This document shows positions 36,790-45,737 of a stretch of 50,836 nt of DNA, piece by piece. Source of the stretch: a virus (taxonomy: Duplodnaviria > Caudoviricetes). The stretch is from positions 1-50,836 of IMG/VR virus record IMGVR_UViG_3300017937_000034; one strand, written 5' to 3'. A program made the position numbers and the translations under genes. Below the pieces are notes generated by a model. The model made no database searches. It was given only the letters and a program-made list of their open reading frames with translations, and had not been told where the DNA came from. Numbering within the stretch: position 1 is the first letter of the stretch; each line of letters opens with the position of its first letter.

Positions 36790-39654
36790 GTGTCCGTGAG
36801 GACCGGTCAGCGCAAGTGGACGACTTCAGCTGCCGACTACGTGCGATATGCCAAGGAAGACGAGATCGAGAGCGCTGATGCCGATCTCCGCTATCACGAT
36901 CGCCCGAAAGACGGCATCGTGTTCGACATTGTCGGCGGTAAGGCCCTCGACTTTCTCCCCGGCCTCAACCGTGAGCTGGGGATAACCAAGTCTCAGCACG
37001 CCGACCTTCACGCCGGCCGCTGGGATGGGGTGCAGTACCTCAGGAAGGGCGCTCAGAAGCAGTGGCAGGTCGACGACGACGGCCGAGAAGTCCGGGTCTT
37101 CAACCCCGGGACCGGCAAGCGTGAGCGAGTCCCCGTCATCGACCCCGAGACCGGCAAACAACGGATCGAGATGGTCCACACCGCCGGTTACGACGTGACC
37201 TTCACGTTCTCGAAGGACGTCGACGAGTACCTCGTAGCGCATCCCGAAGACATCGACGAAGTGCGCGGAGCCCTGTTGGCCGGCGCACGCAAAGGCCTGG
37301 AGATCGGCGTTGAGGACCACGTCCGCCTCGTGCGGGTGTCAGTCGCCAAGCCATCGGAACTACCCGACCGACAGACCAAGACTCAGGGCTCAGCAACGGA
37401 GCGACAAATGGCCGACGGCATCATCTACTGGATCAGCTTCGGGGCCGCAGCGCGCCCGACCAAGGAGTCGATCGCTCGGGGCTACACCGCCGATCCGCTC
37501 ACCCATATCCACGCCTTCGTCTCTTCGATGGCCTACAAGAACGGCAAGTGGTACACCCTCGACGGCTCCGGGCTGATGAAGACCGCCGACTTCCGCCGAG
37601 ACGTCGCCGACATCGAGGCTGCTCTCCAGCTGGAAGCTCTGGGGTTCGAGCTCGAGTACCTGCCTGTCGATCGCAAAGGCCGCATCGCCTGGCAGATCAA
37701 GGGCAGCCGAACCCAGAACCGTGAGTACCTGTCCACCAATAGCCAGCGCCGGCACCAACTCCAGAAGGAGTACGAGGACGAGCACAACCGGCCGATGACC
37801 CAGCGCCAGCTCGACATCGCCATGCAAGCCACCAAGGGCCCGAAGTCCGAAGCAGCCAAGATCGCCGATCGTGGCAGTGCCGAGCAGTACGGCCTAGTGC
37901 GCGACGCCATGGAACGAGACGGCCTGAAGCTCGACATGCCCAAGCGGGGGTCGGCCAAGGTCTATGAGGCTGAAGAAGTCCGCATTGCCGAACTGCACCG
38001 CCGCCTAGAGGGCGAGGAAGGCCTGAACCGCTACTGCAACGACTCGTCGGTCTTCTCCCCCGATGACGTTCTTCCCGCCACCATGCGGGCCGGGATGGGT
38101 CTGGGCCTCACGCCTGAGCGGCTTCGTGAGCTCGCCGCCGACTACCTCGAGCACCATCTCGAAGTTGCCAAGCCGGCCGAGAAGGTCGAAGACCGTAAGT
38201 ACACGACCAAGACGATCAAGGCCAACGAAGAACAAATCGATAAGGCGCTCGACAAGCTGGCCGCAGGCTTCGGGCCTTCCCTTCGGCGTGAGGTCGTCAG
38301 AGCTGTCATCGGGCGCCAGAAGCAAGCCCTCGACGCCGGCCAGCGACAGATGGTCCGGGCGATCTGCAGCCATAAGAAGCTGGTTGTCGTTCTCGGACCC
38401 GCCGGTACCGGTAAGGGGCGCGCACTTAGCGTCGCTGCCGAGGCGCTACGGGAGACCTCGGACTACAACGAACTCGCCGTCGGGGCCGTCGCTGCGCAGC
38501 GGGCTTCACGGCTTGCGAAGGAACTGCACGCCGACCGTGGCGGGTCGATTCGGTCGCTCTACCGCCAGTGGGAGAACGGCTGGCGGCCAACTGCTCGAAC
38601 AGTGATCGTCATCGACGAAGCAGCCATGGCCAACACCTTCGACGCCGCCAAGGTCATGCAGATCGCCGGCGGCAAAGCCAAGGTCGTCTTGGTCGGTGAC
38701 CGGTCTCAAACATCGGCCATCGGCGTATCGGGCTGGATGAATACCGAACTCAAGAAGCGTCCTCCGATCGAACTGACTGAGGTCTACCGCCAACCCGACA
38801 AGCGGGATCGAGACATGCTCGAACTGATCCGTACCGGCCGAAGTGAGCTCGCAATCTCAGAGCTTCACGCCCGCAACCGAATCTTCGTATCGGAGACCCC
38901 GCAAGACATGGTGGCGACCGTCGCCGGTCGCTACGCCTTCTACCGAGATGCGGGTAAGTCCGTGACCGAAGTAGCGATCGTCCATCAGGGCACTAACGAG
39001 GAGCTCGACGCCTACAACCGTGCCGTCCAGCGCTACCGGGCTCAGCACGGAGAGATCGACACCTCGTCATCGTTCGTTGTCTCCGAGTCCTCGAGCGGCC
39101 GGCGCTGGACGCTCAACAAGGGCGATCGTGTGACCTTCCTCGAGCCTGTCTTTGTCGGACTTCAGACCCCAGTCCGTAACGGCGAGTGCGGCGAGCTATT
39201 GAAGGTCGACGCCTCCGGACGATGCCGAGTGCGTCTCGACGGGCCGGAACGTCGCACCATCGTCGTCAACCTGAAGCCCGAGATGCACCGAGTAACTCTG
39301 GGCCTCGAGTACTGCCAGTCGACGGCTCGCTACCAAGGCAACCAGGTCGACGTGGCCCTGGCGACGCAGGGCGGAGCGGGGATCACGTCACGCAACTCGG
39401 CCTACTCGCAGCTCAGTCGCATGGTGAATCAGGTGGAAGTCTTCGTCGACCAGGAGCGATGGGGCGAGCACCCCGAGTGGCTCATGGCCCAAACGTGGGC
39501 CTCTGAGGTCTCCAAGGAGACCGCTACGGAGTACATGAAGCAGTTCCCCGACGAGGTAGAGGTGGAGCCGGAGTTCGACTTCGACGCCGAGCTCGCCAAG
39601 GTGCGCGAGTCGTTGAAGATCGTCGACGGCCACGACTTCGGACTGAGTCTGTGA
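36790..39654 (+). CDS. MOBF (TrwC/TraI-like) relaxase-helicase
   Basis: N-terminal Tyr (DYVRY), GYDVTFTFSK, DPLTHIH; RecD-like GPAGTGK, IDEAAM, VGDRSQ, EVYRQ and YQG. Confidence 0.88.
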   Translation: MSVRTGQRKWTTSAADYVRYAKEDEIESADADLRYHDRPKDGIVFDIVGGKALDFLPGLNRELGITKSQHADLHAGRWDGVQYLRKGAQKQWQVDDDGREVRVFNPGTGKRERVPVIDPETGKQRIEMVHTAGYDVTFTFSKDVDEYLVAHPEDIDEVRGALLAGARKGLEIGVEDHVRLVRVSVAKPSELPDRQTKTQGSATERQMADGIIYWISFGAAARPTKESIARGYTADPLTHIHAFVSSMAYKNGKWYTLDGSGLMKTADFRRDVADIEAALQLEALGFELEYLPVDRKGRIAWQIKGSRTQNREYLSTNSQRRHQLQKEYEDEHNRPMTQRQLDIAMQATKGPKSEAAKIADRGSAEQYGLVRDAMERDGLKLDMPKRGSAKVYEAEEVRIAELHRRLEGEEGLNRYCNDSSVFSPDDVLPATMRAGMGLGLTPERLRELAADYLEHHLEVAKPAEKVEDRKYTTKTIKANEEQIDKALDKLAAGFGPSLRREVVRAVIGRQKQALDAGQRQMVRAICSHKKLVVVLGPAGTGKGRALSVAAEALRETSDYNELAVGAVAAQRASRLAKELHADRGGSIRSLYRQWENGWRPTARTVIVIDEAAMANTFDAAKVMQIAGGKAKVVLVGDRSQTSAIGVSGWMNTELKKRPPIELTEVYRQPDKRDRDMLELIRTGRSELAISELHARNRIFVSETPQDMVATVAGRYAFYRDAGKSVTEVAIVHQGTNEELDAYNRAVQRYRAQHGEIDTSSSFVVSESSSGRRWTLNKGDRVTFLEPVFVGLQTPVRNGECGELLKVDASGRCRVRLDGPERRTIVVNLKPEMHRVTLGLEYCQSTARYQGNQVDVALATQGGAGITSRNSAYSQLSRMVNQVEVFVDQERWGEHPEWLMAQTWASEVSKETATEYMKQFPDEVEVEPEFDFDAELAKVRESLKIVDGHDFGLSL

Positions 39655-40013
39655 GCGATACCGGTAGCGACCCGTGCCCCTGCGGCGCGACCATGGACCT
39701 ACGACGTGAGAACCCAGGAGTAGCCATGAGCGAAGTTGCGGGCCCGTACCCCGTTCTCTGCCGTGACCCCAGCTACGAGGCGGCAGTAGGTCATCACGGG
39801 TATGGCTTCTGGTTCCGGGTTCTCGACGAACGTGGCGCCGAGGTCGACGCCGGCGGCGCACTCGACGAGCTCACCCACCTCAAGGACCTGCTCGAGGCGA
39901 CTTGGATTTATCTTGACTGGCCCAACGAACGGGCCCTCGTCGACCAGCTGCGCCGCTTTGATCCGGCGCTGCATTCCGAGAAGCCGGAGATCACCCAGCT
40001 GATCGGGGCCTGA
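39651..40013 (+). CDS. Hypothetical protein
   Basis: GTGA overlap with the relaxase stop; start uncertain. Confidence 0.6.
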   Translation: MSDTGSDPCPCGATMDLRRENPGVAMSEVAGPYPVLCRDPSYEAAVGHHGYGFWFRVLDERGAEVDAGGALDELTHLKDLLEATWIYLDWPNERALVDQLRRFDPALHSEKPEITQLIGA

Positions 40014-40074
40014 TACCTGTCGTTGTCCTCCAATCGTTGGCACCCGTGGTCGCGGGCGTTTCGACGATGGAGTC

Positions 40075-40728
40075 ATGGCATCCAACTCGCTTCGTGACTG
40101 GCTTCGACAAGGCACCGGGCGCTCGACCGGCCCTGCCTTCACCAACGCAGCTCCACCGGGCTGGAAGCCGCCTGGCGGCTTCTACGCCGGCTTCGGAGGT
40201 GCCAACTTCTGGGACGGCGTCTTTGCCTCCGAGGATCCGTTCGGCTACCTGATCGACTGGCGACGACACCCGGCGAACCGCACTCGACCGGTGGTCGGCC
40301 TCGACGTGGCGCAGCGCTATCCGATCCTCACCATGCCCGACTCGTCGGTGCTGTTCATGGGCCGTCCGGGTACCGGGAAGACCTCGGCCGGCACCGTCAT
40401 CAACGGCCTCCTATCTCCAGGGCCGGAGATCAACTGGAGCACCCGGTCGGATTCCTTCATGGCGACGGCCATGGCTCGAGGGCGGATGGGCGAGGTGTGG
40501 TCGCTAAGCGCTCGCCACGGACTGCCGGGAGCCAAGGCGGCCTACTTCTCGATCCTGGCTGGCTGCAAAGACGACTGGGAGTTCACCAAGCGCTCCTCGG
40601 ACCGCCTCGTCCGTTACCCCAACCTCTCCGCCGCCGCCCGCAACGGCGAGACGGGCGAGCAGCCGTTCTGGGCCGAGAACTCTTCGATGCTGCTGGCCAT
40701 CGGGCGGACGTGGTGTGCCAATGCCTAG
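40075..40728 (+). CDS. Type IV coupling protein (TraG/VirD4-like), N-terminal part
   Basis: GRPGTGKTS Walker A, PGP..WSTRSD and FWAENS. Confidence 0.7.
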   Translation: MASNSLRDWLRQGTGRSTGPAFTNAAPPGWKPPGGFYAGFGGANFWDGVFASEDPFGYLIDWRRHPANRTRPVVGLDVAQRYPILTMPDSSVLFMGRPGTGKTSAGTVINGLLSPGPEINWSTRSDSFMATAMARGRMGEVWSLSARHGLPGAKAAYFSILAGCKDDWEFTKRSSDRLVRYPNLSAAARNGETGEQPFWAENSSMLLAIGRTWCANA

Positions 40729-41806
40729 GCCGATCGAGTACTTCGCTCGGGCAGTAGCCCGTCAAGACGACGCCGTGATGACCACGATCGCCAATCAGCT
40801 TCGTAGTTCGCCTCGCGCGGGCCACGGGGCGCTCGGCGACTGGCTGCTGGGCTTCGTCAACAGCTACTCGGGCCAGAAGGCCGGAACCTACGCCCACTGC
40901 GCTCTGGCGCTGTCTTGGTGGTTGACCGCAGACGGCATCCGGATGGAGGAGGGCGCTAGCGCCAACCCCTTCCATGTCGCTCGGTTCGTTCGTGGCCGAC
41001 CTAAGGGCGAGACGCAGTTGATGTTTCGTGGCGAGCTCATGGGAGGCAGCTACGACTCCGTCTTCATCGCCGACAGTGGAGCGGAAGACCCGGCTCAAGC
41101 GATGTACCTCGAGTTCGTCAACCAGGTCATCGACGCCATGAAGGACTACGCCGAGGACGAGTACCGGGCGGGGCGTCCCGAACCGATGCCGCTCTATCTC
41201 AACCTCGACGAGCTGTTCCGGGCACCGCTGCCCGGACTGCCTGACTGGCTGGCTGACTTCCGAGCTCGTGGCATCTGCGTCGATGGTGGGGCTCAGGACA
41301 CCGACCAGCTCGAACAGGTCTACAAGTTGCGCCGTGTCGGCGACGTGATGGCCAAGTTCGGCACCTTCGTCAACTACCGGGGCATGACCAACGCCCAAGC
41401 GCTCCAGGACCTCTCCGACCTCACCGCTCGCCAGAAGATTCAGCTGCACGCCTCGTCCGAGCATCGGGACCACCGGGGCCGGATCGAGTGGTCGCCATCG
41501 GTGAGCGAGCAGGTCTTGCCCCTGATGACGCCGGACCAGATCGGGATGGGCCACCCCAACCCGCAGATTCCGATGATGTTCCACCCGAACAACCACTGGA
41601 ACTGGGTGCACGGCGCCCGCTACTTCGAACACGAGTGGGCCGCTGTGCTCGTCAACTCGTGCACGCACGCCATCAACGCCGGTTCTGATCTTCCGCTGCC
41701 GCCGCTGGCCAAGGACGGCAACTACTCGAATCTCGCCGAGCTCGGCCTCGACGAGCACTTCCGCAAGCTCCAGTACCTCCACCAGACAGGAGAGCTCGAT
41801 GACTGA
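40715..41806 (+). CDS. Type IV coupling protein (TraD/TraG-C-like), C-terminal part
   Basis: LNLDE...PLP.LP..L...RGI....Q...QL Walker B region. Confidence 0.7.
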   Translation: MPMPRPIEYFARAVARQDDAVMTTIANQLRSSPRAGHGALGDWLLGFVNSYSGQKAGTYAHCALALSWWLTADGIRMEEGASANPFHVARFVRGRPKGETQLMFRGELMGGSYDSVFIADSGAEDPAQAMYLEFVNQVIDAMKDYAEDEYRAGRPEPMPLYLNLDELFRAPLPGLPDWLADFRARGICVDGGAQDTDQLEQVYKLRRVGDVMAKFGTFVNYRGMTNAQALQDLSDLTARQKIQLHASSEHRDHRGRIEWSPSVSEQVLPLMTPDQIGMGHPNPQIPMMFHPNNHWNWVHGARYFEHEWAAVLVNSCTHAINAGSDLPLPPLAKDGNYSNLAELGLDEHFRKLQYLHQTGELDD

Positions 41807-42320
41807 CACACCGTGGTACGACCCCTACCCCGACGCCACCTGGCGCCCTCAGATCAAGGAGGAGCAAGAGACCGTCCGAGTCCGATTCGCCGGCCTGTCC
41901 GCACGATGGGTGGGCGGCGCGATCGACTTCATCGCTCCCAACATCGTCTTCAGCGAGTTGTTCGGGTCGTTCGGATCGACGCTGCTCTTGGCGTTCATCG
42001 TGTTCAACAGCGTCTGGATGCAGGGCCGCACCGGCCAGAGCCTCGGCAAGCGCCTGCTCGGCCTGCGGTTGTGCCGCATCGTCGACAGCTACAACGACTA
42101 CAGCTACTACGTCCATGTGACACCAGGCCTCTGCTTCGGTCGGCTCGTTGCTCACGTCCTCGACGTCATGCCGTTCCTGTACGGGTTCATCCGCCCGGTC
42201 TTCAGCCCCCGTGCCCAGACGTATGCGGACTCGGTCGCCCACACCGTGGTGATCAAGGACGACCCCCGCCTACGGATTTGGGACATGGCCGACGTGCGCG
42301 CCCAGGGTGATCTGCGATGA
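41799..42320 (+). CDS. RDD family membrane protein
   Basis: RWVGGAID, GQSLGKRLLGLR and RAQTYADSVAHTVV. Confidence 0.85.
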   Translation: MTDTPWYDPYPDATWRPQIKEEQETVRVRFAGLSARWVGGAIDFIAPNIVFSELFGSFGSTLLLAFIVFNSVWMQGRTGQSLGKRLLGLRLCRIVDSYNDYSYYVHVTPGLCFGRLVAHVLDVMPFLYGFIRPVFSPRAQTYADSVAHTVVIKDDPRLRIWDMADVRAQGDLR

Positions 42321-42649
42321 CGGCCCCGTACGCAGTCGGAGATGAGGTGGCCTACCTCAGCCTCAACGAGGTGGGCTTGCGAGCGCAGAAGGCCACGGTG
42401 CGAGAGGTCAACGGCAACCAGATCGGCATCTCGCCGCCCGATGACCGGGCCGCCCACGCCGTCACCCATTTCAGCGTCAACGAGGCCGGCGAAGCGCCCG
42501 AGATCGTCAACCTCGATCCCGAACTGCGCCAGCTCATGGGCGACAAGAACTACACGATCTTCGGGTGGTCGTCCGAGATCACCGAGGCAGAGCGCACGTC
42601 TTTCGAGCAACAGCAGGGCCACCGGATGGAGCACGGCTATGGCTACTGA
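42317..42649 (+). CDS. Hypothetical protein
   Basis: ATGA-coupled; SH3-like N-terminus (YAVGDEV). Confidence 0.7.
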   Translation: MTAPYAVGDEVAYLSLNEVGLRAQKATVREVNGNQIGISPPDDRAAHAVTHFSVNEAGEAPEIVNLDPELRQLMGDKNYTIFGWSSEITEAERTSFEQQQGHRMEHGYGY

Positions 42650-42881
42650 CATCAAGTTCCCCGGGCCGACCTCCACGCCTGACCCTGATGGGCCGGACCA
42701 GATCATGACGATCGACGAGGTGTCGCAGTACCTCAGCGTCGCCAAGGCCACGCTCTACAAGTGGCGGGTGAACGGCTACGGGCCGCCGGCGTTCAAGCTG
42801 CCGCACACCCTGCGGTACTCCAAGCGCCTCGTCGACAGATGGCTCCTGTCGGTGATGGACGACTGGGGTGAGATCGCATGA
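42639..42881 (+). CDS. Excisionase/AlpA-like HTH protein
   Basis: MTIDEVSQYLSVAKATLYKWR..G.GP...LRY. Confidence 0.85.
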   Translation: MATDIKFPGPTSTPDPDGPDQIMTIDEVSQYLSVAKATLYKWRVNGYGPPAFKLPHTLRYSKRLVDRWLLSVMDDWGEIA

Positions 42882-43288
42882 CCTTCGATGCGCTCTTCAT
42901 CCCTCACGACTTCAGCAAGAGACCAGCCCAGGTCCGCATCTACAACGTCGACCAGCTCAATCAGCTTGTCCAAGGTCAACCGGAACGGGCCGTCTACGAC
43001 TACGACGCCGAGACATGGATGAACGCCAACGGCATCGAGCAGGGACTCCCTCGCAACCTGGGAGCCAGTGGCTTCAGTGCCCAGTACACCGCAGCCGGCA
43101 GACAGTTCGAAGCCAAGAACGGGCGGCCACCCAACATCGGACTGCACGGCAACGTTGTGATCACGGGCAACCACTTCACCGATGTGCCTCAACGGATTCT
43201 CGACGAGTTCCCCAACAAGACGACTATGAACGTGAACGAGCTCATCGAAGACCTCAGTCACGGGCACGGCCGGGGCCATGGCTATTGA
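42878..43288 (+). CDS. DUF3846-like protein
   Basis: WMNANG...GLPRN..AS...LHGNVVITG pattern. Confidence 0.6.
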   Translation: MTFDALFIPHDFSKRPAQVRIYNVDQLNQLVQGQPERAVYDYDAETWMNANGIEQGLPRNLGASGFSAQYTAAGRQFEAKNGRPPNIGLHGNVVITGNHFTDVPQRILDEFPNKTTMNVNELIEDLSHGHGRGHGY

Positions 43289-43289
43289 C

Positions 43290-44265
43290 CATCACCGTCA
43301 GTCGCCCCACCACTCTGGGCGTTCGCCTCCAACCCTCGGTCAGCAGCCGGGTCCAAGGTGGTGAGCTGGTAGGGCCTCGAAGTTGTCGGCCCTCGTTCGA
43401 GTCCGGGTTCGGCTTGCGGAGGTTCGGCTTCTTCCTGCTAGCGCCGCCCGCTAGGGCGGTAAGACTGCCGGATCGAGTCGGCTTGTCACTTACGGTTGTC
43501 TATCCGTGCACCGATGCCGAATACCTAGAGCTAGACGCGACCTTCGGATACCCCCGTATTTTCCTCTGAGTCCATCCGTATTGGCGGGCGGTTCCTCAGG
43601 CGTCAATCCCGAGTTCTCTTTCTCCCTGCCTGTTTAGGGCTTTCGAGCAGAAGACCAGCTACTTCTCACTGGTTCGTACTCCCGCTGAATGGCTACCAAA
43701 GAGGTTGCGCTAATCGACGGCGGGGCTGATAGGCTTAGTCTCGTTGTTCATGGCTGATCAACATCATTACACCTTTCGGGGTGTAGCGCAGGAAGGCCGG
43801 GCGCCCGGCGCTTCTCTGTGGTTCGTAGCCGCACTGCGCACAATGAGCAGCGTTAACAAGCTGGCTGTTGCTGCTCAGGTCAATGGTCTTCTGCTCGACT
43901 AGCCCTGATCGCCAGTGAAAGCTATAGCCCGCTCGGTGCGGCAGAACCGTGACGGCCCGGAAAGACGGGCATATGGGCCGCGACGGGGTAACCAGACCGC
44001 CGTATTGCTTCGATGCGATCGGTCCACTAGGTCACCTGCCGTTTCGGCGTCGTGGGTGAGGGAAGCAAGCGTTGTAGGAGCGGCTTGCCAATCGGCGAGG
44101 AGAGGGCAAGCGTCGATACATCTCACGACCTGACCCTGCTATAAATGCACATGCGCTGTTATCGCTAATAGTGCCGGCGATGCCACGGAGAAAGTTCGAG
44201 AAATCGGGCATTTTCTGTGGCATTCGCTATTTCCAGCGGCTAATTTGTTGGCAGCGATAACAGAA
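43290..44265 (+). ncRNA. Candidate large structured non-coding RNA (unassigned family)
   Basis: No credible ORF over ~1 kb; more than 15 helices, many nested, with G-U pairs valid only on the + strand; GAAA and UUCG loops. Confidence 0.62.
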
Positions 44266-44277
44266 AGAGAGTCAGCA

Positions 44278-44562
44278 ATGACCACCGCAAGCACTATCCG
44301 CAAATTTGAACTTGGCGCAATTGCCATAACCCCCGGAGTCGGTCGCCTCGATCCGCTGGGTTTGATGGTTCCGGGCCTTTTGCAGCGCCACCAGTCAGGC
44401 GACTGGGGCAACGTATGCGAGGACGACGCAGCGGAAAACAACTACTCCGTGGACCGTCGGCTTCGAATCCTGTCGAGTTACACGCTCAAGGGCGAGAAGG
44501 TCTGGGTCATCACTGAGGCCGACCGTTCCGCCACTACCGTCCTCCTTCCTAGCGAGTACTAG
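44278..44562 (+). CDS. Conserved plasmid/ICE-type hypothetical protein
   Basis: F.LG....TPG, RH..GDWG, N...RILS.Y, WVITEADRSATTVLLPSEY family signature. Confidence 0.85.
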   Translation: MTTASTIRKFELGAIAITPGVGRLDPLGLMVPGLLQRHQSGDWGNVCEDDAAENNYSVDRRLRILSSYTLKGEKVWVITEADRSATTVLLPSEY

Positions 44563-44574
44563 GGGGGCTGGACA

Positions 44575-44799
44575 ATGGAACCACGAGTGCGCCCTGACTA
44601 CATACACGAGGCCCGCCTAGCCAAAGCCCGCAAGCTGGCCGACCACTTCATCAGCATGGGAGTGGACACCGACACCATTAGCCTCTTAGACGACCGAGGA
44701 TGGCGGGCTATTTCCGCTATCTGTCACGTCAAACCCCCGAGCTTCACTACTCAGCTCATGGTTGTGGGCTTGGTAGGACAAGCGGCGGTGACGCAATGA
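44575..44799 (+). CDS. Small hypothetical protein
   Basis: G-rich SD; ATGA-coupled to the next gene. Confidence 0.7.
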   Translation: MEPRVRPDYIHEARLAKARKLADHFISMGVDTDTISLLDDRGWRAISAICHVKPPSFTTQLMVVGLVGQAAVTQ

Positions 44800-44984
44800 C
44801 CCCCGACACCGAAGTTGCGCTGATCCGCATGGCCATAGTCGCGGCGCTTGTGGCGATGCTCTACTTCCTGAATTTGCACACAGGTAACCGCACTTTTAAG
44901 ACCGCCACATTCGTTGCCCTGGTTGTCTGTTCCGTGGCTGTGTGCGTGTTCGGTGTCATTGCTCTACTGGCGGTGAAGGCATGA
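44796..44984 (+). CDS. Small two-TM membrane protein
   Basis: ATGA overlap; two hydrophobic helices. Confidence 0.65.
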   Translation: MTPDTEVALIRMAIVAALVAMLYFLNLHTGNRTFKTATFVALVVCSVAVCVFGVIALLAVKA

Positions 44985-45130
44985 CCCCCGACGCATACGC
45001 CGAACTTATGCACGACCTAGCCCACGATGATCCATTTGAAGCAATGGACTCCACCCTCATCACTCCAGAACGTCACCACGTAGACGGCATTGGCTGGGTA
45101 GAGCGACCGAATCGGGAGTGGGTCCAATGA
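44981..45130 (+). CDS. Small hypothetical protein
   Basis: ATGA overlaps at both ends. Confidence 0.6.
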   Translation: MTPDAYAELMHDLAHDDPFEAMDSTLITPERHHVDGIGWVERPNREWVQ

Positions 45131-45309
45131 GCCGAGTTCGTATTGATGCAGAGGAACTTTGGCCCGATTGGGTGCTGCTGCCCATCGACGATCGCTTTGG
45201 TGCCATATACGAAGTCCCCGATGAAATAGTGCACGACTACCGCTATCACCGAGCTCAATTTTTTAGAGCGCGACAAGCACTGCTCGAAGCGGCGGAGTTG
45301 GAGTCATGA
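45127..45309 (+). CDS. Small hypothetical protein
   Basis: ATGA overlaps at both ends. Confidence 0.65.
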   Translation: MSRVRIDAEELWPDWVLLPIDDRFGAIYEVPDEIVHDYRYHRAQFFRARQALLEAAELES

Positions 45310-45737
45310 GCCGGCCAGAACACGTCTGGGTCAGGTGCGAACTTCTCAACTACGACGAGACAGACACCAGCGGCCACCACTTCTGCGTTGAACGTATCGG
45401 CTGGGTCGAAGACGAGGTGGTGCGGACCGTCGAAGACTTCCGTGACCCGCTAGACGAGGCCATCGTCGTTGCATGTACCTGGTACGTGCGAACGCTTAGC
45501 GAGTGCGGCGCCGGTGCAAAGCTCACCTCGGAGCATCACGTAGAAATGGTTGAAGCCGTCAAAGCCAAGCTTGACGCCCAACGCCCGAAGACGCCCGAGG
45601 CCGTCATTGAGGGAGCGATCGAGTCAACCACCATCGGTGACAATGAGCTTCGCCGCGACACGGCATTGGACATTCGAGATGCTCTAGTTGCTGCCGGGTT
45701 CCTCCCTGACTCCAAGCCAAAGAGCGAGGAGCCATGA
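45306..45737 (+). CDS. Hypothetical protein
   Basis: ATGA overlaps; GGAG SD. Confidence 0.7.
   Translation: MSRPEHVWVRCELLNYDETDTSGHHFCVERIGWVEDEVVRTVEDFRDPLDEAIVVACTWYVRTLSECGAGAKLTSEHHVEMVEAVKAKLDAQRPKTPEAVIEGAIESTTIGDNELRRDTALDIRDALVAAGFLPDSKPKSEEP

Noticed and set aside
42868-43569. 233 aa + strand ORF running into the structured region
   Set aside because: Overlaps the better DUF3846-like gene in another frame; Arg/Pro-rich shadow composition.
43890-43945. Group I (GACTA...TATAGCCC) or group II (GTGCG) intron-like words
   Set aside because: The P7 pairing has a mismatch, I found no domain V, and no interrupted gene flanks the region. Not fully excluded without a covariance search.
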